Below are positions 53,101-64,000 of a stretch of DNA of 64,000 nt, one piece after another. Under the pieces are notes generated by a model. That model saw only the letters and a program-made list of their open reading frames with translations. It made no database searches and was not told the DNA's origin. Positions within the stretch are counted from its first letter, which is position 1. Each line of letters begins with the position of its first letter. The DNA is taken from contig NW_026250413.1 in the NCBI RefSeq assembly GCF_024521635.1, forward strand, positions 620,001-684,000, in the 5' to 3' direction. A program made the translations under genes and the position numbers. Origin of the DNA: Tricharina praecox. Its lineage: Eukaryota.

Positions 53101-53320
53101 TAATCTTGCTGGGGGGAGGGGGGCGAGGGGCGTCGCCGAGGAGTTTGGAGGCGTGCTGGGCGAGTGGAGGGGGTTTGCGGAGAGGTGGGTCGATGGTGAT
53201 GGTGACGCCGAGGAGAGGACGAGGGCGCTGGCCGCGGGGGTGTTGGTTAGGATTGGAGAGGTCGAGGAGGGGTGGAGGAGGGTGCTGTTTGCGGGGTCGG
53301 GCGTAGATGAGGGGTTCTAG
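50134..53320 (+). CDS. TEL2: Telomere length regulation protein Tel2 (TTT complex)
   Basis: YLSGVSNHIASSSHRSRFLGMIVGEAFS, PYALPDSDTED...DEDATTIDRNKPSPPV|YIRQLLSYL, and FYTGDYGLAQRAMLLSTLGLAAREL. Three introns. Confidence 0.92.
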
Positions 53321-53653
53321 GTGAGTGAGTGGGTGGATGGGCACTGGTGGACTCGATGGGAATCAGTTGATGATTTTGTGCATTTTATAATGGACAGAGA
53401 TACAGAAACACCCACACCGTAGCTATGAGAACGAAGTACGAAAAGCAAGCAAAGAGAAGAACAAAAAATGAAGTAGAAAGCAGTAAAATGAAGCACTGAG
53501 CACAAATGGCGAGTGATCCACATCAAAAAGAAAGTAAAGAGAAAAAAATCCCCATTCCCATCCGATCACACAGATTGCGAGTGATCAACTTCAGAAAGAA
53601 AGCAAAAACAAAAACAAAAACAAAAAAATCCCCATCCCATCCGACCCTGCCCA

Positions 53654-55014
53654 CTACCTCTGAGCCTTCGCCTTCTTCGCCTTCATCTTCCTGATGAAGG
53701 CCTCGCCCTGGGCGTTCATGGGCTTCGCAAAAGTCCGCGAGCCACTCACGACACGATCCTTCGGCGCGATCTCGTAGCTCTGGCTGGACGGCATCATGAC
53801 CGTGGCGCGTCCGGTATTCTTCTTCGGAGCTGCAAGGGCTGCGCGAGCGTTGTTGGTGTCGTCGGCGCTGTTCTTGCGAGGTTGGCTGACAATAAGGTTA
53901 GTATTGAACATAAACCGTGAGGAGGAGGGGGTGGATATACCTAGAAGGCATAGGACGAGAGTCGCCGGCTTTGGGGACCTCCCGAGAGCGATAGTCGTCG
54001 CTGCGTCCCAGAATGGGTCGAGACCAATCTCTAACCAGCTTCTCCGCCTCACGCTTGATGTGTCTCTCCGGCCTCGCGTCCTTGGTATAGAACATGACGA
54101 TCTTCCCAATTCCACTCTCCTGGAGATGTGTGAAATCCGGCTTCAACTTCGCCAAGATCTCAAACATCAACTTCTGTACATTGTACGCGGGGAGCGATTT
54201 GTTCGGCAGGGGTTCAAGCCAGCGGCGAATTCCCTTCAGAATGCCGCAGTCGACTGCGACGGACAGGAGCGTCTGACGTCCGAGCAGATCGCGGACCTCG
54301 TCGACCATGGCCAGCTTGTGGGTAGCCGGAAGGTTATTATCGACTGCCTCAGTGTCGCATTTGGCGGCTTCGAGCATCGCGAGGCGTAGGTTCTCCACCG
54401 TCTCATCGTCCATACGCTCGAGGTCGTGGTCGTTCTTTCTTCTCTTCTTCTTCTTGGGACCCTTGAGAGCTTCGTCCATCTTACGATCGAGATCCCTCCT
54501 GCGCTCTGTTCACACCACATCAGTCACCTTCCCACGCAAAACCTCAACACTGGCTGACGGGTAGCACCGCCCCCACAACCATTGGGAAATACATACTCTC
54601 CTCCTCTGTGAGCTCAATCTCCGCCACCGGCTGCTCCAAGTCGGGCTCATCGTCCATTCTCACCGCCTTATCCCGGCGACGCCGCTTCTTTTCCTTGACC
54701 TCACCCATTGAGCCCTTCTTCTTCTTGAACTTTCCCAAATTCACGATCGTGTCCTCATCTATTGGGATCGACTCGTCGACCGCGCGACTGCCGCCGGGTT
54801 CGTTGTAGTCGGCGAAGATCTCATCGTCAAGGTCGGACAGTTGACTGTCGTCACCGTCGTCGTCGTAGCGGGGGGCAGGGGAGGCCGCGGTGGCAGGAGG
54901 AGAGGCAGCGCTTGGAGGCGAGGCCGCGGTCGCGGTGGTGGTATTATTGTCGTTGGCGGCATCGGCGGGTGCCCCGTCGACGGCGACGGCAGGCGCGTGT
55001 TCTGTGTCCGACAT
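53654..55014 (-). CDS. IWS1: Transcription elongation factor Iws1/Spn1
   Basis: Acidic N-terminus and a TFIIS-N-like domain: PATHKLAM, RRWLEPLPNKSLPAYNVQK, LQESGIGKIVMFY, WSRPILGRSDDY. Two introns. Confidence 0.95.
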
Positions 55015-55430
55015 CGTGAAAATTGTCGCTCGCTACCAGTTGTGCTTCGTGTCCGCTTCTACAAAGCTCCTGGCGTAGCTGCAGTGTCGTGTTTTGTCGT
55101 GTATTGTCTTGTGTGGTCGTGGTAGAGAAACAGAAGAAGAGCAGCTTGTAGTTGTGTTGTGTAGTTGTGTTGTGTTGTCGTGGTAGTAAAGTAGAGAAAT
55201 AGAAGAAGAGAAGCTTGTGGTCGAGAAAGGAAAGGAATGTTGCCCCCTTCGCCCACACTCGACGCTAGCTCAACTAGACGCTAGCTGAACTCTACGCGAA
55301 CCAGACGCAGGCCGGCCGGCAACCACCACTCGACAATCCAGAACAAAAACGTCACCCGAAAAAAAACCCAAACACCACATCCACCTCGCCCCTCCACCAA
55401 ACAGCCAACCAACCAACAGCAGCAATCACA

Positions 55431-55698
55431 ATGTTCGGAGGAGGTATTCTCGATCCCAGGAAGCATAGGAGACGGACGGGCTTGGACTAATCAGAGTGGG
55501 AGGAATAGCACCGCCACCACCCAGCATCGCCGAGGTCAGGCAGCAAGAGGCTATGGCCAAGAGTGCTATCCAGTTCACGGCTGCGACATGTTTCCTGCTC
55601 TACCTCTGTAGGTTCTCCTTGCTGTGAGGTGTGGGGCTTGGGCTGACATGGGGTATGCAGCTCCGTTCGCGGTTGAGTACGTTCAGAAGCTTCTTTAG
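55431..55698 (+). CDS. TOM5: Mitochondrial outer membrane translocase subunit Tom5 (3 small exons, absent from ORF track)
   Basis: Spliced product MFGGAPPPPSIAEVRQQEAMAKSAIQFTAATCFLLYLSPFAVEYVQKLL*. Introns GTATTC..ACTAAT..TAG and GTAGGT..GCTGAC..CAG. Confidence 0.9.
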
Positions 55699-55992
55699 AT
55701 TGCGGACGTAAGGAGGAATGGGTGGTGCGTGAGAGCGAGGGGACCCCGCGTCACGGCTGTATTATAAGACGGGTACGGAGCTCAAACAATTTTCATGGTT
55801 CGGATATAGTCCGCACAGTATCTCGATTCAATGCAAAGCTCCCATGCCTCATGCCCAATCGTCATTATCTACCACTACACCCTGATGCACATCCAGGTAT
55901 GAAGGATTTATAAAAAGAAAGGAAAAGAAAAGAAAACGCGGTTCCCTTGCAGATATCAATGTTGTTCGTCAACCACTTCGACTCTACAGCTA

Positions 55993-57594
55993 TCATAGAA
56001 AGCCGTGACGACCCTGGTTCGCCTCCTGCCATTCGGCAAGTGACTTTTCGATGGCGAGGACTTCTTTGGTCAGGTGTGCTAGGCCATCGGAGTTGCTTCC
56101 CAGTAGCTAAAGGTAGGTCAGTAAATGTACTTGTTGCGAAGAGCTGCGTGAAGACTTGCCTTTCCGGTTATCTGGAGCTGGTTCTCATCCCAGACGATCT
56201 CGACCTTGCCCATGCTCTCCTCCATGACCCGCGCCTTCTCCTGAACCACCATCATGCGCGCCCAGATTTCGTTCATCCTTCCCGTAGCGGCAGGATCCTG
56301 AACATTCTTGGCTAAGCCTTCGAGCCGCTTCTTCAACATCTCCTCTTCCGGCTGGAGGGCGTATCCCCGATTCTTGAGGACCTGCACCTTGGCCGCCAGA
56401 GATAGCGCGCGACGAGCAAGTGCCATGTGTCTCCGTCGGCAGTCTTCAAGTTTGATGCTGGTGGTCAGATCGTGCTGGTTCAGGATCGCAGCGAGCTTCT
56501 CCTGGATTGTGTGTAGCGATGTACGGAACTGATTGACCTGGCCTTGCTGGGATTGTACTCGCTGGTCAAGGTCCTTGAAGCCGTTGGCCCGAACGGGTAC
56601 GCAGCTGTTGTAAGTCAGTGATGCCGCAGGAATGCCCGGAGGTGATGTCCTTACGCATCATTGGGTCGCTCGGCCCACGCTTTCTCCCATGCCTCGGTGT
56701 CGTCACCGGGGGGCTTTTGGTAAACCACTGCCCGTTCCTTGCCGATGTGGTTGTAGAAGTAGTATTTGAACGCGTAATCGGGGTGGGTCACATCCCACGA
56801 ACACCTAACCCGGTAGATCTTCTCGGTGGTAGCATTTGATCCTACGGAGGGTCAGTCGGTGCTGGACTTCAAATAGCGATACTGAATATACCTTGCTGTT
56901 GCTGCTGCTGCATCTGCTGCTGCTGCATGTTTGTAGCACCCAACATGCCTCCTCCTCCAAATTGCGACTGCCCGAAAAGCCCTCCGCCCTGCTGTTGCTG
57001 GGGCTGCTGCTGGCCAAAAAATCCTCCTCCCGATTGTTGCTGCTGATTCTGCCCACCGAAAAAGCCTCCGGTCTGTTGCTGTGGCTGCTGGGTTGTCTGA
57101 CCAAACATACCAGCACCATTACCCATTTGCTGTTGCTGGTTTTGTTGTCCGAACAACCCACCACCCTGCTGCTGCTGCTGGGGCTGCTGTTGGCCAAAGA
57201 GTCCTCCCGGCTGCTGAGGTTGTTGCATCGACTGTCCAAATAGGCCTCCACCGGACTGCTGCTGCTGAGGTTGCTGCATAGTCTGCCCGAACAATCCTCC
57301 ACCTGACTGTTGAGGTTGCGTAGTAGTCTGTCCAAACAGCCCACCTCCAGACTGCTGAGGCTGCTGCTGTGCAGTCTGGCCAAATAGTCCTCCTCCCCCG
57401 GTCTGCGGATTTGTCTGTCCGAACAAACCGCCAGTTTGCTGCTGCTGTTGATTCGTTTGACCGAAAAGACCACCGGATTGCTGAGGCTGTTGCTGCGTCT
57501 GTCCGAACAGTCCACCTGTTTGAGGCTGAGTTGTGGTCGAGCCGAAAAGGCCGCCGCCGCCGCTAGACTGTTGCTGACCGCCGAAGAGCGACAT
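55993..57594 (-). CDS. NUP57: GLFG nucleoporin Nup57/Nup44 (Nup54 family)
   Basis: Many GGLFGQ repeats, then [51 protein letters not shown] and [10 protein letters not shown]. The last intron is GC-AG. Confidence 0.92.
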
Positions 57595-58021
57595 TGCTGT
57601 CGCGTTGGAGGGGGTGATGCGATGAGTAGCTGGTGGTGCGTAGGAGTGGGTGTTGAAGATTGGTGGTGGCAATCGAAGGGGATAGAATCGCTGTAGCCGT
57701 TATCGTGGTTGGCGCAAAAACGCTCTTACTCTACTCTTTTTTTTTCTCTTTCGTCCCGTGCAGCGTCGTGTTGAAGAGTCGTGTTGAAGAGTCGCGTCTT
57801 GTCGCGGTTGCTATTGTTGCTATGCTACGTTCCCACTGAGCCAAGCCCTCCAATATCGTAAATAGCCGGCTTAGTAACCCGCGTCATTGCGGGAACAGCG
57901 AATGTGGAGACCAACCGGGGGCTTTTCCACGAAACATCCAAACCTCGAACCTCGAAAACAATCCATCCCCGCCCAGGCAATTGGCTCTCCGACCGCGCAC
58001 TGCTCATCCTAAAACACAACC

Positions 58022-58682
58022 ATGGCCACCAACCGGGAAGCTATGTGAGAAACCTCTGCGATCTCAGACTCATCACGAAAACACGGAGATGGTTTGCTGA
58101 CCCCGCGCGCGCGCATCCGCAGCTTCACCCATGCTGTCCTCATCGATAAGACGCCGATGCCCGACCACATCCCCAAGGTGGAGGAGGTCGGCGCTTCCTC
58201 TGCTCCACTGACTTCCGCGGCGTTCTTTATCGGCGACAAGTGCAGGCCCTACAACGAGGACTACATGCTCTGCAAGGCCGAGGCACAGGGACGGGGAGAG
58301 CTGGACTGCTTGAAGGAGGGGAGACGGGTTACGCGCTGTGCGGCTTCGGTGTATGTTCTCTCCACTCGAGCAGCTAGGAACGTTCCGGGCGCGCACGGGC
58401 TAACGGGGGTGTAATGGTAGCATTGCCGATATCAACAAGCACTGCCTTTCCGAGTTCAGAACGCATTGGCAGTGTCTCCAGAACAACAACATGGAGCTGT
58501 GGCACTGTAGGAATCAGGAGAAACCGTTCAATGCTTGCGTTTTCGAGAAGCTGGTCAGTGTTCAGAAGCGCATATATGCGGTGCTAGTCCTTGCTGACCT
58601 TCTACAGAAACTCTCCAAGGTCATTCCCGACACACCCAAGGGGGAGACACCGATACACCTCCGCTCCAGCACCTTCAAATAG
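58022..58682 (+). CDS. NDUFA8: Complex I 20.8 kDa subunit (NDUFA8, twin CX9C)
   Basis: PDHIPKVEEVGASSAPLTSAAFFIGDKCRPYNEDYMLCK..CLKEGRRVTRCAASV|IADINKHCLSEFRTHWQCL..CRNQEKPFNACVF. Three introns. Confidence 0.95.
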
Positions 58683-59265
58683 ACCCTTAGATGTAGTCAT
58701 GGTTTGGCGGGAAAGGACGAGGAGCTTCAACCGTTAACCGTCATATACCGGGCGAAAGGCTGCTGTCGGGGACGGGATTGCTGTACCATACAGGCTTCAG
58801 CAATAAATGGGGCGGTCCATCTGTACACATTACATTGCGCAAATTCTAGTATTCTGTCTATGTTGAGTTTTTACCGAAAAGTAGAGCTGTGAGGTATCTA
58901 GAGCTTGGGGGGTATCCAGTGAGATTCTATGCTTGACATTTACGTCAACCATGATTGGAAGCCAGTGAGCAAGGCTCCTGTGGCCTCAGCCTCAGCCTTC
59001 TCCGCCGGGTAAACACGCGATGTGCGTCAGCCACCGCTAGCCCCGATAGGGTCACGCCACATAAACACACAAACACACACACACACAATAGCCTCATCAC
59101 GTGCCCTCCGGATTGCCACCAACGCACAAAACTGTGACTGCTCCTCCCCCAACCCTCGCTTCTCGCCCAAGATACTTGCAACGAAGCGCGAAGAGCAGCA
59201 CCCAAGTCCAACCTTGAACTGCGAGACCGAACCCAACTAACAAACCACAGTCCAACGCCGCAAAG

Positions 59266-60102
<837 letters not shown>

Positions 60103-60240
60103 TAACGAAATAAATGGTTATGGAATTCCCAATCCTTCGACGTGATGCGTAGCACATGTCTCGTATTGAGCTCGCCAGTGATATGCATCTCTTAAGTAAC
60201 GCCAAAGTATCCAGAATCTATGGCTTCATGATTCAATCTA

Positions 60241-61418
60241 TTATAATACAGGCCAACTCAACTCCACCGTGGCACCATGAGTCGACCTCAAGCATCCATA
60301 GCACATCTCCCTAGGCACTTCATCCCCATTCTCCTCCGCCCCTAATGTCAGACCATTCCCACCCCCATCCACAGACAAGCCGCATAGCGTACAACACCTT
60401 CTCTCCTCTCCCACCGTCTTCAACCGATCCCCCATCCTGACCACATTACTAACCGTACTGGGATACTGCACCTCCATCGTCTCAAAGTACTGCGTCAGCA
60501 GTTCCCCCACGGTGATATTCCTGGCACTGATCGCATTGGCCGCACTATGCCTTTGCCTCCCCTCTTCCGCCGTACACAATCCCCACAGACTCGGTTGCAC
60601 TACATCCTTCACAAACGTTACCAATTCCTTCTTGAACACATCCCTCAGCGGATGGTAGCTCAGCACGCCCTCGTGTACTCCGTCCTGTGTGAGAAACGGC
60701 AGGCTCGCCCCGCGGCCCAGGGCGGAGGAGGTGAGGATTTGCGACGCGAGTGTAGTGGTCGAGCTCCCCCAGAGTATCCCGGCGCACCCGTGCTGAGCGG
60801 CGAGACGCTGGATCAATCGCGTGCGCAACACCCGCGCGAGGTCTTCTCGGCTGGTGGGACTGGGGAGGGATTGCAATGTCTGCCGCAGACGGGCGGCGTT
60901 GTCTTCCCCGTCCCCCTCGCCGGATCCTTCGCCGGATCCTTCTCCTTCAAACGAGTATATTTCCTCCAACTTCACAACACTGTACTCCCCCGCCTCCGGA
61001 AATCGTTCGCGTATCGCGGCGAGATCTGCCGCCGGCGGCGCGCGCGCATTGAGGAGCGACTCGTCGATGTGCACGATCTTGAGGGTGTAGCGTGCGCGGC
61101 TGACTTTTTGCCGTTGCGTTGTGAGTGCGGTGGAAAGGATCTGGAGGAGCGCGGTGGAGGAGACGCCGAGAGACAGGGGAAGAAGGAACACCGGGATTGA
61201 GCCGTTGGGGAGAGATCGGATCTTGTACGATTCTATGCGCTTGATGCATTTGGACCGGATGTAGTGGGAGAAACAGTCACTGCGGCCGGTTAGCTGGGTG
61301 AGCTGGGAGAGGGCGCGAAAGCGGACCTGCAGTGGGGATCGAGACGGAGGGTGTAGATTCCGGGGTTCTCTTTGCAGCGCGTGCATACAGCCGCCGTCGG
61401 TGGTGGTTCTGAGGACAT
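60241..61418 (-). CDS. NCS2: Cytoplasmic tRNA 2-thiolation protein 2 (Ncs2/Ctu2)
   Basis: N-terminal CTRC..C|SDCF, LLPLSLGVSSTALL, LPSPTSREDL, LGRGASLP, HPLRDVFKKEL, YPSTVSNVVR and C-terminal CTLC..CYGCLR. Confidence 0.9.
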
Positions 61419-61663
61419 TTTTCGAGATATGGTCGTTGGTGGGGCGGTGCGACGGCCGTGGGGTGACTTGAGGCTCAAGCTAGTTAAAATCGAAAGCTGA
61501 AACGAAACGCACCACCACGCCAAAAGAGCCGCGTCGTAGTCAACTTCACGTTCACAATTAACTACACCCTACCTCCCCAGCACCAGCACCAGCACAGCCA
61601 CCACCCTACATCGCAGCACCACCACCCCATCTCAATCAACCACCACACAAGAACACATTCACA

Positions 61664-62132
61664 ATGGGCAGCATCGGAATCCCCATCAAGCTCCTGAACG
61701 AGGCCCAAGTGCGCACTTCCCCTCTCGGCTCTCTCGAGCCCTTGGAAGCTGACACCCACGACTAGGGCCACGTCTGCACGCTCGAACTCACGTCGGGCCA
61801 AATTTTCCGCGGCAAGCTCATCGAGGCGGAAGACAACATGAATGTGCAGCTGCGCGATATCACGGTGACCGCGCGCGACGGCCGCGTCTCGCATCTCGAC
61901 CAAGTGTACATCCGCGGATCGCACGTACGGTTCTTCATCGTGCCCGACATGTTGAGGTACTTATCCGCCCGCTACACCAGTAGGAAATGGGCTGGGATGG
62001 GATGCTGATACAGGATTGTGCAGGAACGCCCCAATGTTTAGATCGAGGACGGTTCGTGGACGAGGTGTGGGTTTGGCCAGAGGAAGAGCTACGGTGAATA
62101 GGGCGAGGGGTCAGAGGGCTGGTCGTGCGTAG
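61664..62132 (+). CDS. SMD3: Small nuclear ribonucleoprotein Sm D3
   Basis: [97 protein letters not shown]. Confidence 0.97.
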
Positions 62133-62361
62133 TTGTGTGCTTTGTCGTTTTGGTGATTGCTCAATGCAATTGCGCTCTCAGCGGATCAGGTATGATTGGG
62201 GCTGTAATATTAGGTGCGAATATTGAGCTCATTCTTCACATAGGCGAGTGATTGCTTGTGCAGAAACCAGACTTCTCGTTCATTCGCGATCGTACATAAG
62301 AGCAATTGAAAATTTGATCCTCCTTCTTGAAATCCCCTGTCTTCCCTTTGAGACGGACCTT

Positions 62362-63146
62362 TCACGTATACATGTTCAGCGTAATCCCGCTCTGAGGATC
62401 CGTCAATTCTGGGCAGACGTTAGTATATGCATGGCCAATCACCCATTCACTTCGTCCGGAAAACGTGATACTCACCGAACCAGTGGAAAAACGCCAACCC
62501 TGGGCGACTCGCTGCCACCTCAAAGTCCATACGCTGACCACCCTTGCACGGGATTGTAGCACCCACAACCATTGCATCTCCACCCTCCAGCGGTTGCTAT
62601 GCCCTATCAGCCCCCCGTTTCCCTACCATTTCGTTTCACGGGGTACTCACCGTTATGACGAACTGCGGCTTAACCGTCGTCCTCGCGGGCTTATTATTCC
62701 ACGACGTGCCACCATTAATGATGATACTCTTGAGGCTCCAGACATCCAGCTTCCCGCTGCCGACAACAACCCACTCATAGCCTCCCACGTCGTCTTCCTT
62801 CATGGGCAGGCGGAACTTGATCGAGCAGCGCGTGCCGACATTCGCGGGAACGTCGAAGCCCACGAGAAGCCGCCATTCGTTGCCGGCGCTGGGGCCGTTG
62901 TAGGAGACGTCGCCTGTGTATTGCGTGGGGAAGGTAGTGTCGGGGTCGTCTTGGAGGATTGGGACTGGGGATCGTTAGTGAAGGGACGACTGGGGGGAGG
63001 GGGGGGGGGGGACCGAGGTAGTTGGGGAAGACAACTCTCTTGAGGGAGGCGGCGGATACGTCCTCTGCGCCTTCTTCGGCGATGGGGGCGCTGAGAGTGC
63101 TGGTGAGCGTCAGGAAGAGGGTCAGGAGGGTGCCGATGAACTTCAT
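62362..63146 (-). CDS. Small secreted protein with But2 C-terminal-like domain (4 exons)
   Basis: Signal peptide MKFIGTLLTLFLTLTSTLS and a KR site, then VVFPNYL|VPILQDDPDTTFPTQY..LVGFDVPANVGTRCSIKFRLP..SWNNKP..PCKGGQRMDFEV..HWF|ELTDPQSGITLNMYT*. The family call is from the FDVP-x-C-x-F-LP pattern. Confidence 0.7.
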
Positions 63147-64000
63147 GTTTGCGGTGAGGAGACGATAGATATGCTGGACGATGAGGGTGAATTTATACAC
63201 CGATGGCTCCTACGGAAATAACGGCATGATCTTCCTCGTATGCCGTCTGATCAGATGCTCATATCAAGGTTTGGTTCTGTGGACCGTGGAAAGGATTGAT
63301 ATGAAGTAGCCTGATGCCGTGAACTATCAGCTATCACTGTTACCCACGTGTATACAGGACCCTCCTTCGTGGACCGATATTTCCGCTCACTTCCGCCAGC
63401 TTTACGAACCGTTGCTACTAGCATGTAAGGTACAGCAGGTAGTGCTCTGGTAATACGAAGAAACCGTTGATATATCGTAATTTTAGGGACGTAAACATCC
63501 TACAGGGCCACAGACCGTGGTATCCGGGAGTTCCGATTCAAATATAGAGTGGAAACCGTGGAAAAGAGCGCCGGAGATGGTATCATATTCCGCAGCTGGC
63601 CAAGCACCCGTGCGTGCTCGTGCTTCCATGTGGCTGTTTCGCTTGAATAGTGTAATGTAGAACTGAAGCTGTATCTGCAGGTGTCCGTACCGGCTAGGTA
63701 GTCGAGGACCACGGACTGTGTTGTGCGCCTGTGTACCTTGAGATGTTTTTGCAGATGATACCGATAGAACCGTTTCTGTTCACGTGCAAAAGGTCTAGAG
63801 TGTAGCAGACTCGTCGGACGTACTGTACGTGTAGGGAGGATGAACTTCATCCGTGTGTGTGGACTCAATTGCGGGCATACTGAACGGACTGACCTTTGCT
63901 TCCGATTATAGCCCTGGCCTGTCCCCATGCCGATCAGTTCAAGCTCCCTGGCTGGTCCCGTGCCGTCTCGGCAGGCAGGCAGGAGACCACCCCGTCTCGC

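Noticed and set aside
58683-58892. Open frames after the TAG stops of NDUFA8 (about 69 codons) and the WW protein (about 50 codons after 3723)
   Set aside because: The lengths are compatible with chance and the peptides lack any recognisable architecture, unlike the I9 tail.
63500-63928. 142-aa minus-strand ORF at the window end
   Set aside because: No motif or coding-like bias that I can recognise. It might belong to a feature continuing outside the window.

Overview
A gene-dense, intron-rich region of a filamentous ascomycete genome. Introns are short GT-AG with CTRAC/CTRAY branch sites; a Pezizomycete is my inference and cannot be proven from the window. I reconstructed about 27 spliced protein genes by hand, mostly housekeeping: ATP2, a WW-domain protein, HOOK, a secreted I9 protease inhibitor, SEC22, ELP5, HEM13, a coiled-coil hypothetical, RET3, a chromodomain protein, a Gfo/Idh/MocA oxidoreductase, ERG4, a class 3 lipase, a SWIM protein, a copper amine oxidase, ATP15, MAK10, a peroxisomal long-chain acyl-CoA synthetase, TEL2, IWS1, TOM5, NUP57, NDUFA8, RPL40, NCS2, SMD3 and a But2-like secreted protein. 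The most interesting signal is in the I9 inhibitor gene: it stops at its canonical C-terminus with a TAG, and the same frame then continues for 128 codons encoding a Ser/Thr stalk and a GPI-type signal. This suggests a soluble versus surface-anchored switch by A-to-I stop-loss editing, readthrough or alternative splicing. Also seen: a 1.67-kb non-autonomous TIR element with a TAT target-site duplication and internal repeats, an RPL40 start codon split by an intron plus a 7-nt microexon, a D32E ubiquitin variant, and two GC-AG introns. I recognised no tRNA, rRNA or CRISPR. All product calls come from motif recognition, not database searches.
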